In this document: positions 18,500 through 28,403 of the stretch, in pieces
Position numbering within the stretch: position 1 is the stretch's first letter
Layout of the letters: each line of letters opens with the position of its first letter
NCBI GenBank assembly: GCA_964653455.1
Contig: CAZZFK010000002.1
Span: 82,246 to 146,245, forward strand
From: an uncultured bacterium
Lineage (GTDB): Bacteria > Margulisbacteria > Termititenacia > CAZZFK01
Direction of reading: 5' to 3'
Length of the DNA stretch: 64,000 nt
The notes under the pieces: model-generated
What the model saw: the letters and a program-made list of their open reading frames with translations, nothing else
Database searches by the model: none
What the model was told of the DNA's origin: nothing
Position numbers and translations under genes: made by a program

Positions 18500-20158
18500 A
18501 TGCAGATAGATCACGATCGTTTCATCCAGGATAGCGAGTGCCTTGAAAAGGTGTTCTCATACGCCCCCACGGCGCCCTCCCGTCCGTACACATATACTGA
18601 GATCCGGGATTCCTGGGTACAGTTCATAAAGGACACCCGGTCCCCGCGGCTCAGCCTGTATATCCATATCCCGTTCTGTGCGCATCGCTGCCGGTACTGT
18701 TCCTATTTCTCCACTGAAGTGACCGCGCCTGCCGAGCTCGAGAAGTACCGTGAATACCTTTTCGCCCTGATAGACTTCTTTTCGCCTGTGTTCAAGGACC
18801 GCCTCTTCGAACATGTCTATATCGGCGGAGGAACGCCGACCATTTTCCCTGAACACATGTTCAAGGAACTGCTTGAGAAGATCTTTTCCTCGTTCTCCTT
18901 TACACGGAACAGCACCCGGTCCTGCGAGATCAATCCGATCACCTCAACACCCCACAAGCTCTCCCTGCTCGAACAGTTCGGTTTTAATTACATCAGTTTC
19001 GGGGTACAGACCTTCACGCCGCACGCGCTGAAAAAAGCCAACCGAGCGTATCAGGACCGGCGGCTGCTCAAAGACTTTGTGGCGCAACTGCACGCCAAAC
19101 ACTTCAACGCCGTCAATGCCGACCTGCTCTACGGTCTGGTCGGGGATACGCCGCAAGGGTTCCTCGAGTCCGTCAAAGCAGTGATCGCTCTGGGCATCCC
19201 TAAAGTGACCGTCATTCGACTGGTCCCCACCGCAGAATACCTGAACGTTCATTTCGGCGGGGACCAGGGGAAGTGCATCGAACATCTGAACTCTTTCGCC
19301 GAAAAGATGTTGCCCTCTGCCAGAGCGCTTTTTCAAGGCAACGGATACATCGATCATAAATGCATGTCGTCGTCAGCCGAAGACCACACTTACGCCTGGA
19401 TCAAACCGACGGAGAGCAGCCCCGGAGCTCCGGGCTATTTTTCCGACTGTTCGCTTCTCTACGCGTATTCGGATATCCCCTCTCAAGATCTCTCCGTACT
19501 TGGGCTCGGCCCAACGGCACGGTCACACATCTTTTGCCGGCTCGATTATCAAGCACTGCAGGCCGCGGAGCTTCCGTTCGCCCCCGCACACGCCGCTTTT
19601 AAGGGGAATGAGGTCGGGCCTCGCACTGCGATGTTGCGGACCATGTGCATCGCGTTCAAAGAACGTGGACGTATCGACCGGAACGGGTTCAAAGAGCTGT
19701 ACGCTCGAGATATTGTCGATGTGTTCGGGCCGCGCCTCGCAGCATTACAACGAGAAGGACTGATAAAGGTCAGCGACAAGGAGATCGAGCTGCTCCCGAA
19801 AAATAATCAACAAAAATTCCATACACTGCTCCGGCTCATGGGCGATACCGTACGGATCGTCCCGACCATCGACCTCAAGCTCACTGCCCAGGGAAAAGAT
19901 ATCTTCCTCCATGCGGAACTTGAAAGAAAAGACCAGCGGTATATTGCACGCCGTGAAGGATACGGCATGTTCCTGCCGGCAGGAACATCTGCAGACCCCC
20001 GCTCCACAGGGCTTGCAAAGCTCGTGTTCCTGCGCATACTCCCCTTACTAAAAAAGCATTCCGCATGGCCGGACCGGGCCCCGTTCAATACCGCGCTCAA
20101 AAAAATATTTACGCATTTCGCGGCACAGGGGATCTCCGTAGTCCGGGGACGTCCGTGA
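18500..20158 (+). CDS. HemN-like radical SAM protein (coproporphyrinogen III oxidase family fold) with a long C-terminal extension (552 aa)
   Basis: CAHRCRYC is a CxxxCxxC radical-SAM motif at about residue 60. YIGGGTPT is HemN-like. About 100 aa are added relative to classical HemN. Confidence 0.7.
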   Translation: MQIDHDRFIQDSECLEKVFSYAPTAPSRPYTYTEIRDSWVQFIKDTRSPRLSLYIHIPFCAHRCRYCSYFSTEVTAPAELEKYREYLFALIDFFSPVFKDRLFEHVYIGGGTPTIFPEHMFKELLEKIFSSFSFTRNSTRSCEINPITSTPHKLSLLEQFGFNYISFGVQTFTPHALKKANRAYQDRRLLKDFVAQLHAKHFNAVNADLLYGLVGDTPQGFLESVKAVIALGIPKVTVIRLVPTAEYLNVHFGGDQGKCIEHLNSFAEKMLPSARALFQGNGYIDHKCMSSSAEDHTYAWIKPTESSPGAPGYFSDCSLLYAYSDIPSQDLSVLGLGPTARSHIFCRLDYQALQAAELPFAPAHAAFKGNEVGPRTAMLRTMCIAFKERGRIDRNGFKELYARDIVDVFGPRLAALQREGLIKVSDKEIELLPKNNQQKFHTLLRLMGDTVRIVPTIDLKLTAQGKDIFLHAELERKDQRYIARREGYGMFLPAGTSADPRSTGLAKLVFLRILPLLKKHSAWPDRAPFNTALKKIFTHFAAQGISVVRGRP

Positions 20159-20217
20159 CCGACGGTGTCCGGCGCATGCTTGGTCTTTTTCATATAATTA
20201 TATAGAATAGCCCCACA

Positions 20218-20814
20218 ATGAACGAATTTATCCTGTGTTTTTTCCCGCTCTTCATCGCCGTCGATGCGTTCGGCGTGCTGCCCATGTTCATGAACTTGAC
20301 GCACGGTCTTTCAAAAAAAGAGCACCGCAAGGTCGTCATCCAGTCCGTCTGGACCGGACTGGCCGTCTCTATCATGTTCCTTGCCATCGGGCAGGGCATC
20401 CTCAAACTGCTGCACATCACCGTATCCGATTTCATGATCGCGGGCGGCATATTGTTGTTCGTCATCGCCATGAGCGACATGCTCAATTTCGACAAGAAGC
20501 ATCACTCCGCTGATCGTGACGCTCTGGGGGCCGTACCGATCGGCGTACCGCTCATCGTAGGTCCCGCCGTGCTCACGACCTCGCTCATTCTCATCAACCA
20601 GTACGGCATCCTGCTCACCGGCATTTCCGTGCTCATCAACGTCCTTTTCGCCGGTATCGTTTTCTGGTTCTCTGGTGTCATCTACAAGTTCCTGGGCAAG
20701 GTCGGCGCCAAGACCATCTCCAAGCTCGCCTCGCTCCTCATCGCGGCCATCGCAGTGATGATGATACGCAAAGGCATCTTCCTGCTTTTGCCTTCACTCA
20801 CAGGTTTTATGTGA
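20218..20814 (+). CDS. MarC-family (UPF0056) integral membrane protein
   Basis: Multi-TM protein of about 198 aa with MarC-like motifs. Confidence 0.65.
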   Translation: MNEFILCFFPLFIAVDAFGVLPMFMNLTHGLSKKEHRKVVIQSVWTGLAVSIMFLAIGQGILKLLHITVSDFMIAGGILLFVIAMSDMLNFDKKHHSADRDALGAVPIGVPLIVGPAVLTTSLILINQYGILLTGISVLINVLFAGIVFWFSGVIYKFLGKVGAKTISKLASLLIAAIAVMMIRKGIFLLLPSLTGFM

Positions 20815-20865
20815 GCCTCCGCGCATGACCTTTCCTAACGGGCCAAGAACAGAGACGGCCGATAT

Positions 20866-22566
20866 ATGCTGAATATTTTATACACCGATCTTCTGCGCGA
20901 CTGTGAGTGCCCCGAACGAGCTGTCGTATATGTGTCTGACATCACTCGCCTGGCGCTTACACATGACGATATAATGCGCCACTGGCAAGCGTATTTAAGG
21001 AAAGGGCAACGCGATCCGTTGAGCCTGTACATACATATCCCTTTTTGTGTTCAGCGCTGCTCGTACTGTTCATATTTTTCTGAACGGGCCGATTCATACA
21101 ACGACCTGCTCAACTATAAAAAATATCTGTACCAGCTCTTCGAGCGTTATGCGCCTGTATTTCATCGTGTACGGTTCCAACATCTATACATTGGCGGCGG
21201 CACCCCTACTATTTATAACGAACAAGATCTTGCCGAGATCATTGATCATATACATGACTCCTTTCATTTCACCCGTAATGCGAAAAAAACTTGCGAAGTG
21301 AACGCGCTTACCGCAACAAAAGATAAGCTTCTGGTCCTGCGTACAAAAGGCTTCCAGAACATCAGCTTCGGCATACAGACCTTTTCTGCGCAAGCGCTCG
21401 ATAAAGCCAATCGTTCCTATCAAACGGTGAATGACGTTGACCGGCTCATGACCGATATCCGTTCCCTGGGTTTCAAGGAGGTCAACATCGATCTTCTGTA
21501 CGGTCTTAACGGGGACACCCCGGCCTCTTTTCTACGCTCGTTCGTGCGCACGATGGCCTTGAAGCCGTCCAGGATCACCCTATATCGCCTCGTCCCGACA
21601 AAATCGTACATTGCCCGGACCTCTGGCGGCAACATTGAGGATGTATTGCGCCATCTGAACATGTTCGCCCGAAAGATATCCCCACGGCTGCGCTCACTCA
21701 GCCTGCGCAACGGATATTTTTCCCGACAAAAGATTGAAGCTCCATTCGAAGAACATTCATATTCGTTCGCCCGTTTTTCATGGCATACATTTTTAGGCCC
21801 GTTCTTCTCTGCCATACCTTTTCTTGCACATATCCCTGGATATACTGATATCCCCTCCGATCGCAGATCGCTCCTGGGCCTGGGGCCTACGTCCCGCTCT
21901 TTCATCTTCGGGAAGCTCTCCTATTATGCGGCACGCGATACCGCTTCAGATCCCCGCAAGAACATCCCCGCATATGAAGGAGAAACAAAAGAACTTCATC
22001 ATGAAATGATCAAGTATCTGCTGCACTCTTTCAAAAGGGACGGGAAGATCGCCAAGGCTGACTTTCGCCGAGTGTTCCACAAGGACCCACTCATCGTTTT
22101 CCGCCGTTCTATCCGGGAGCTTATCTCCGCAGGCCAGCTTCATGTCACGCCTTTTCATCTTACGCTCGTACCCAAAGATAACCTGCAGCGTTTTCTTGCG
22201 CTGCTCCGCTTCATCGATCCAAAGGTCATAATTCTTCGTTCAATGCAATTGATAGTACAGCTACCCGGGACAGAACCATTGACCGTACGTATCGAACCGA
22301 AGCTTCCCTACAGGTCCACATCCTTTATTTTTGAACGGGGAGGGTATGGGATGTATTTCGTCCCCACCCCTCACTCCCCTGCAGAGATCGATGCTGATCA
22401 ATGGCGTGCGTTGAGGCCATATCTGATCAAAGCCTTCACTACGCTCGGCACTATCAACAAGTATATGATAACGAATACAGGGCAGACCATGCATGGCGCA
22501 CATGAAGCCGCGATATCCCTCACCGATTCCTGTTATCCCGCGGTTAAGACCGTCACTCTCATGTAA
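20866..22566 (+). CDS. HemN-like radical SAM protein, a paralog of 18500-20158 (566 aa)
   Basis: CVQRCSYCSYFS and YIGGGTPT motifs. The whole length aligns with the upstream paralog at roughly 30-35% identity. GC is lower (about 46%). Confidence 0.7.
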   Translation: MLNILYTDLLRDCECPERAVVYVSDITRLALTHDDIMRHWQAYLRKGQRDPLSLYIHIPFCVQRCSYCSYFSERADSYNDLLNYKKYLYQLFERYAPVFHRVRFQHLYIGGGTPTIYNEQDLAEIIDHIHDSFHFTRNAKKTCEVNALTATKDKLLVLRTKGFQNISFGIQTFSAQALDKANRSYQTVNDVDRLMTDIRSLGFKEVNIDLLYGLNGDTPASFLRSFVRTMALKPSRITLYRLVPTKSYIARTSGGNIEDVLRHLNMFARKISPRLRSLSLRNGYFSRQKIEAPFEEHSYSFARFSWHTFLGPFFSAIPFLAHIPGYTDIPSDRRSLLGLGPTSRSFIFGKLSYYAARDTASDPRKNIPAYEGETKELHHEMIKYLLHSFKRDGKIAKADFRRVFHKDPLIVFRRSIRELISAGQLHVTPFHLTLVPKDNLQRFLALLRFIDPKVIILRSMQLIVQLPGTEPLTVRIEPKLPYRSTSFIFERGGYGMYFVPTPHSPAEIDADQWRALRPYLIKAFTTLGTINKYMITNTGQTMHGAHEAAISLTDSCYPAVKTVTLM

Positions 22567-22620
22567 TGATCAAGATATCACCAATTGTCCAATGACGGGT
22601 CTTTACTGTACAATTTTTTC

Positions 22621-23781
22621 ATGAACACACTTTTCAAGAACGCAAAATGTCCCTATTTCGGCTCATGCGGCGGCTGTTCGCTCCAGCATGTCCCGTACAA
22701 GACACAGGTCGAACAGAAGAAGAACTTCGTGCTCTGGCAGCTCATGACCAATATCGTGGAAGTCCCGAAGGACGTGAAGGTCTACACGGCGGACCAATTC
22801 GGCTATCGGTCACGCATGGATTTCGCTTTCTCTAAAGAAGGTCCGGGGTTGCGCCGCAAAGAGAGCTTCAGCGATATCATTCCGATCGAGCAGTGCCCTA
22901 TCTCTCAGCCAAAACTTAACGCACTCCTGAAAGAAGTGTGGGGATTCTACAATCGAAACAAGAAAGAGCTGGACATCTTCGACCCTCGTTCCAAACGAGG
23001 GACATTGAAGTACGCGACAATTCGAACCATGAAGAACAGCGGGGATTCGAGCATCACGTTCATCGTGAACAGCGAAAGCCCGAAGCTTATCGAACAGCAG
23101 GACCTTATCGCCGCCTTCGCCGCTGCCACCTCGGCCGCCAATGTCATCGGCGGCACCGTCGGCGCGCGGCAGGACCTGAGCGTGACCCAGAAATGTCATC
23201 CGCTCAAAGGCACCCCGTTCCTCGAGGAAAAGCTGCTAGGCAAACGTATCCGGTTCCACAGCCAGGCCTTCTTCCAGAACAATACGGCCACGGCAGAGAA
23301 GATGCTCCAGCATTGCCGTTCGATATTCAAGAGATACAAGACGGCGGACAAAACGCTCGTGGACCTCTACGGCGGAGCAGGGACATTCGGAATAACGCTG
23401 GCAGATATGTTCAAGAAGCTGCTCATTATCGACAGCGACGGGGCCAATATCAAAGGCGCTGCGGTGAACCTGGACCTGAACAACATCAAGAATGCCGAAG
23501 CGCGCTGCGCTGACGCACGCATCATCGGGGAAAGCGAAGCGAAGGACCTGATGCTTGTCATCGATCCGCCGCGCGCGGGCCTGCACCCGAAGCTCGTCAA
23601 AAAGATATTGGACCTGAAAGCGGAAGTGATGGTCTATGTTTCGTGCAATCCGTCACAGATGGCCAAAGAACTGGCACAGTTCCAGCAGCAGTACACGATC
23701 AAGAGCCTGGGGATATTCGATCATTTCCCGCAAACGCCGCATATCGAGGCGATAGCGGAACTGGTATTAAAAGCTAAATAA
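22621..23781 (+). CDS. Fe-S RNA (uracil-5)-methyltransferase, RlmD/RumA/TrmA family
   Basis: CPYFGSCGGCSLQH is the [4Fe-4S] motif. SAM-binding motifs LVDLYGGAGTFG and DPPRAG are present. The start was set at the ATG at 22621; the track ORF starts at TTG 22585. Confidence 0.75.
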   Translation: MNTLFKNAKCPYFGSCGGCSLQHVPYKTQVEQKKNFVLWQLMTNIVEVPKDVKVYTADQFGYRSRMDFAFSKEGPGLRRKESFSDIIPIEQCPISQPKLNALLKEVWGFYNRNKKELDIFDPRSKRGTLKYATIRTMKNSGDSSITFIVNSESPKLIEQQDLIAAFAAATSAANVIGGTVGARQDLSVTQKCHPLKGTPFLEEKLLGKRIRFHSQAFFQNNTATAEKMLQHCRSIFKRYKTADKTLVDLYGGAGTFGITLADMFKKLLIIDSDGANIKGAAVNLDLNNIKNAEARCADARIIGESEAKDLMLVIDPPRAGLHPKLVKKILDLKAEVMVYVSCNPSQMAKELAQFQQQYTIKSLGIFDHFPQTPHIEAIAELVLKAK

Positions 23782-23820
23782 AAATCCTGCGGCCCCAGTA
23801 CTTTCCGTATGCTCGATGCC

Positions 23821-24126
23821 TTAGTCTGAGCTCTTTTTAAGCCCATCCTTGACCGTTATAAGTCGTAACTTGTACCGGACCAGGAGGTCCCACAGGTCCA
23901 GGTCGTTCGTGCGGTCACCTTCTTCATCCAGTACCGTTATCGTCCTTTCAACATCCTGAGGATCACTCACGGTGCTCGCGATCTGCTCCAGGACCTCAGG
24001 CAAAGTCGGAACATCTTTTTTGGCCTTGATCTTCTCCCCATCGTCCATTTTTTTATTATGGTTCGCATCGATGTAGCCCCGGGATATCTCGGGATATATC
24101 GCTTTTAAATTGTTCATCACGTCCAT
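23821..24126 (-). CDS. Small (101 aa) paralog that is essentially a stand-alone copy of the conserved N-terminal module of the two large island proteins
   Basis: MDVMNNLKAIYPEISRGYIDANHNKKMDDGEKI. AGGAG RBS. Low-GC island. Confidence 0.5.
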   Translation of the reverse strand: MDVMNNLKAIYPEISRGYIDANHNKKMDDGEKIKAKKDVPTLPEVLEQIASTVSDPQDVERTITVLDEEGDRTNDLDLWDLLVRYKLRLITVKDGLKKSSD

Positions 24127-24235
24127 ACCTGTTTCTCCTAAGGACCTGCAATTATATGTTCCCTTTACACATACACCGCATATCGAAGCGTTAGCCTCCC
24201 TGTCATTGCGCTAACTGGATAGCGCTCATATCTTT

Positions 24236-26377
24236 CTATTTTGAGAAGTATTTCGTATGCAATATCGATGCTTCTTCCGATATTTCATACAACATATCAT
24301 AAAACTTCTTTCTGTCATCAGTCGAAAGCGCTTCAAGATCAGGATATCTGCTGAGAAGCGCATGATATTGCGAATCAAGCCGCTCAACCTCGTCGGTCAG
24401 CTTATATATGTATTCATCACCTTTCATAGCGTGTATCCAGTGGCTGACCCAAATACACATCCCTTTTAGCCCACGAACGTCTTGCTCAACATCACTATGA
24501 CTCCTTTTCTTCCAAATGATCTTTGGTATCTCATCCTTTTCATCGATCAACGTATATTCATCATTAATGCTGACCGTTGCACCTTCCGGGACCTTTATGC
24601 TCTCCACTTTATCTGACCCGCTGCGGCTACCCATGATCGTTGAGGTTTTAACAACAACGCCATGGACAACCTCCGTCAGCGTTCCATTCTTCATAACAAG
24701 TTCATCATTGGAAATAGTGAACTTTACCCCATCAATTATCGTAACGACCGGTTCCGGCCAATTCCAATTAGAGATAACGAAATGCACGTGATCATTCTTG
24801 ATCACAAGCTTCTCCCCCTTTTTTGTCGGCCTGTCTATCCTTGACTGCAATACACTGAGATTTGAATCTTTCGGAAATGTATACGTGATAACAGGAAGGA
24901 CAGGCTCATATCTGTCCCCATATGTAACGGAAAGTACGGCTCCCTCAGGAAAAACAAGACCGCATATATCCGTCTTTCCGGACAAAGTGATCGACGTTAT
25001 CTCATTTCCCTCGATCTTTACGATGGACCCTTTCGGTATCGTATATCCGAATATCGTCTGATCATGGGCGCATATCGCTTCACAGATCATCGTCTTCTTG
25101 TCTGTTGCAAGATACAGTCTTGTGCCGGGAGCACAATCCACCGCGTGCTCATTGAGCATGGGCTTTATCTTTGCATATGTTGTATCTCCGACATATGCCG
25201 CGTACTTCTTTACGACTTCTTCAGTAATGAATTGGTTAACGTACGTATACTCCGGGTCCGTGAAATAACCGTTGCGTTCCGTCAGAATTCGTTTGAACAT
25301 CGCTTCATCAATTGCTGATGGCCTATATGTTTCAGAGTCTCCATGCTCGCTGTAATGGTTTTTGCCGATCCGGAGCAGCCCATAGTAATATTTCATTTCT
25401 TTCTTAAAAACACCGTTGGTCGTAGCAAATAACAAGTTGCGGCTGTTCGGCGCATAGCTCAACCCATCATCGTCGAACAAGAAATCTTTGACACTAACAC
25501 CGCGTATCATGAATTCTCTTTCGCTGATGATCGAATATCCGTGACGATATGAAAAAAAACCGTTATCGTAAATATTGTAGTCATAGGAATACGTTATCTT
25601 CTGTCCTGGCTCTATCTCAATATCAAAAAACGTGATCTGCTTGTTGGGGGATAAATAATACCCCTCGAAATCGTTGACGATCGTCCCGGCCGGCAGATGA
25701 AAATCCCGGAAATCAGCGTCTTCCGCCAGAACACCGTTCACTTTATGGTCTCTTTCTAAAAAGGACCCGCCTTCTATTCCTTCCGTATCAAAAAATGTCC
25801 CTGCACTGTATTTGACCTTATATTCATCACTGCCCTGCATAAGATATCCGTCTTTAGCCAAGGTTCCACTTTTAACGTATACGCCCTCTTCGCGGAACAG
25901 CACGGAAAGAAATGTTCCTTTTTTAAAGGTCAGTTCCCCCACCGTCGTATCTTCAAGAATGATGCCTTCGCAACAGAAGCCATTGCCGAACAGTTTTGAG
26001 CCCTTATCGAACAAGATATTGTTCACTCTACGAGGAGAGGAAAGGATCTCATCACAACAGACATCAAAGAGCTCCCGCACATCCGTAAGTACGTTCTTTT
26101 CATTATGCATTTCAAACACTTTCTGATCGAGCTTTTCTATGTAACCTTTTTTTTCAGAACTTTCAGGTTCTTCGTTTTTTATAATGCACTTAACATCAAG
26201 GATATCCGGCAGAGCGGTCACCGTATTCACGATGGTCTCCAGGACCGCAGACACCTCATTGCCTTTATCTTTAACAACGATCTCTTCGCCTTTATCTTTC
26301 TTTTTGTTGTGGTTCGCATCAACATATCCTTTGGATATTTCAGGATAGATCTCCCGCAGTCTGCTGATAGTTGTCAT
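24236..26377 (-). CDS. Large hypothetical protein (713 aa) of the island paralog family
   Basis: MTTISRLREIYPEISKGYVDANHNKKKDKGEEI N-terminal motif. An xGT(F/I/L) beta-strand-like element repeats about every 20-35 aa. Strong AGGAGG RBS. About 40% GC. Confidence 0.6.
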   Translation of the reverse strand: MTTISRLREIYPEISKGYVDANHNKKKDKGEEIVVKDKGNEVSAVLETIVNTVTALPDILDVKCIIKNEEPESSEKKGYIEKLDQKVFEMHNEKNVLTDVRELFDVCCDEILSSPRRVNNILFDKGSKLFGNGFCCEGIILEDTTVGELTFKKGTFLSVLFREEGVYVKSGTLAKDGYLMQGSDEYKVKYSAGTFFDTEGIEGGSFLERDHKVNGVLAEDADFRDFHLPAGTIVNDFEGYYLSPNKQITFFDIEIEPGQKITYSYDYNIYDNGFFSYRHGYSIISEREFMIRGVSVKDFLFDDDGLSYAPNSRNLLFATTNGVFKKEMKYYYGLLRIGKNHYSEHGDSETYRPSAIDEAMFKRILTERNGYFTDPEYTYVNQFITEEVVKKYAAYVGDTTYAKIKPMLNEHAVDCAPGTRLYLATDKKTMICEAICAHDQTIFGYTIPKGSIVKIEGNEITSITLSGKTDICGLVFPEGAVLSVTYGDRYEPVLPVITYTFPKDSNLSVLQSRIDRPTKKGEKLVIKNDHVHFVISNWNWPEPVVTIIDGVKFTISNDELVMKNGTLTEVVHGVVVKTSTIMGSRSGSDKVESIKVPEGATVSINDEYTLIDEKDEIPKIIWKKRSHSDVEQDVRGLKGMCIWVSHWIHAMKGDEYIYKLTDEVERLDSQYHALLSRYPDLEALSTDDRKKFYDMLYEISEEASILHTKYFSK

Positions 26378-26471
26378 ATTTCTTCCTCCTTAACAATGCT
26401 CCGCAAAATTAATTTCCACAGACACCGCACATCGAAGTGATAGCAGTGCTGGTGATAAGTCCCTCTGGGTT

Positions 26472-28268
26472 TTAATCCCTTTGTTTTTTATTTTCTTCCT
26501 TTTCTATTTCTCTTAATTCATCCCTGAGCTTGATCAAGTCTTTTAATACTTTATCATCATGTTTCACGTCAGTAGGTATATAGCCCAAGCTAAGGCCAAC
26601 ACCAGCTTTTTCTTCACTCTTTTTATCGTGCCATCCAAGTCTACTGATAGTTTGATCTTTATATCGTTTCCGCATCAATATAGCTGCGTCATCTGCGATC
26701 TTATAAGCTTCTGCACGGAATTCAGATGCTGTGTTTCTTTGGATCTTTTCGGCGGCGTTCTGGAGCTCATCATATATATGCCAAAATTCATCTGCATAGA
26801 AGATACGAGAAAGCTCTGTTTTACCGTTCAAAGTATCTCCGTCAATGATGTTGTATTCAATGATCGAGCCTTTTGTTATCTCTTCGCCGTTAAAAACAAA
26901 ATCCTCGTCAAGTTTTATTGCGATCTTCTTTACTATGTTGCCGGTCTTTAAATATGTTATCGACCTCCCGGGGACCCGTGCCCCATTAATCTCTATGAAC
27001 TCAGACATTGTCCCGGACAGAACAACATCCCCATCAGCAAAGAAGGCTGCGCGCGCCCCGGCATGTACCTCAATACTCTTGTTCAAGAAACGTATGGAAT
27101 GCGGGGTTATTGTTTCCCCTTTCCCAATCCCCTTTGTAAGTAACGTCAGCTCTAATTGCTTGAGATTATATCCTGCAACTTCCACACCATCGCCTAAGCT
27201 CAGCTCAAAACACGCCACTTCCTCTCCCGAGATCATTTTTGCAGAAGCACTTAATACCAGCCCCGGCCGATACGCGATATGATAATCGGGAAGTATCTCT
27301 TTTAATTGAGCCTCATTGCGTATACAAAGCGTAAAGCCATCCTCAAGACATTCTTTAACATAATCACCCTTTTTCAGGGTAAGCCACTTATAAACAACAT
27401 TTTTTGATAATCTGAACACACTTCCTTGAACTCCCGTTTCCAGCACATTGCTTTCCAAAACGCTGTCCTGGGGGATATTTTCATACTTTTCAGCCAATAT
27501 CCCCGCGATTATTACTTGTTCGTTGGCCGATATTTTGAGCATAAGCTTCCCCGGCCTGAACTTCATCCCATCAGACTCTTCCGTTTTGTTAGATATCACA
27601 TTGAAAAAAACGCTGCCTTCCGTCATGTGGATGGTTGTTCCGGCTTTGACCGTATATACATCTTTTTTACTAAAGAACTCTTTAATTGCTTTGGGAGCTT
27701 TGCCGTTGAAGTATCCATCAATGTCCGATGAATTCACAAATTGTTTGATCCGACCTCGATCATACATCCCTACATCTGCAATATCATCAAAAAACGGGAA
27801 TACATGCTCTTTGCCAAGGATTCGGGAAATATCATCGTACGACACAGTGCCTTTGTAGAATTCAAGGTCTTTATTGAAAACACCGTTAAAAGCTATTACC
27901 TTTCCATCTTTATCATATACGGCATCCTTAATGTCCACGTGATCTAATATACGTTCGACCCCGTTAGCACACATTATGGCAATGTATTCTTTTTTTATTT
28001 TAACCGCATCCTCGTTTTTTTCTGTATTCAATACATTCAGCACCTTTTCAATTTTAGGCATGTCTTTCACGGAATAAACGATCTTTGCCAGCGCTGCTGT
28101 CCCTGCGCTAACATCTTGTTTAAAATATAATTCTACTTCGCCCGTTTCATTGACGACCTTGCCTTTTAAGATCTCTTCCCCTGAATCTTTGACATTATTA
28201 TTGTTCGCATCGATATACCCTTGGGATATCTCAGGAAAGATCTCCTTTAGCCTGCTGATAGTTGTCAT
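26472..28268 (-). CDS. Large hypothetical protein (598 aa) of the island paralog family
   Basis: MTTISRLKEIFPEISQGYIDANNNNVKDSGEEI, the same N-terminal motif. GGAGG RBS. Low GC. Confidence 0.6.
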   Translation of the reverse strand: MTTISRLKEIFPEISQGYIDANNNNVKDSGEEILKGKVVNETGEVELYFKQDVSAGTAALAKIVYSVKDMPKIEKVLNVLNTEKNEDAVKIKKEYIAIMCANGVERILDHVDIKDAVYDKDGKVIAFNGVFNKDLEFYKGTVSYDDISRILGKEHVFPFFDDIADVGMYDRGRIKQFVNSSDIDGYFNGKAPKAIKEFFSKKDVYTVKAGTTIHMTEGSVFFNVISNKTEESDGMKFRPGKLMLKISANEQVIIAGILAEKYENIPQDSVLESNVLETGVQGSVFRLSKNVVYKWLTLKKGDYVKECLEDGFTLCIRNEAQLKEILPDYHIAYRPGLVLSASAKMISGEEVACFELSLGDGVEVAGYNLKQLELTLLTKGIGKGETITPHSIRFLNKSIEVHAGARAAFFADGDVVLSGTMSEFIEINGARVPGRSITYLKTGNIVKKIAIKLDEDFVFNGEEITKGSIIEYNIIDGDTLNGKTELSRIFYADEFWHIYDELQNAAEKIQRNTASEFRAEAYKIADDAAILMRKRYKDQTISRLGWHDKKSEEKAGVGLSLGYIPTDVKHDDKVLKDLIKLRDELREIEKEENKKQRD

Positions 28269-28403
28269 AAAGCGCCTCCAATAATATTTTATTAATTTTA
28301 AAACAAAGCGGGTGTTCTATATTACTTAATCGTAGCGGTTTTCTGAGAATTTCAATGAGTTTGTTCAGAGCAAAAGGACGCAAAAATCGAAATTTCGCTG
28401 ATC

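Noticed and set aside
23790-28403. Island as a prophage or integrative element
   Set aside because: No integrase, transposase, tRNA attachment site or flanking direct repeats are recognisable. Only the compositional shift and the paralog family support foreign origin. So it is reported as a finding, not annotated as a mobile element.
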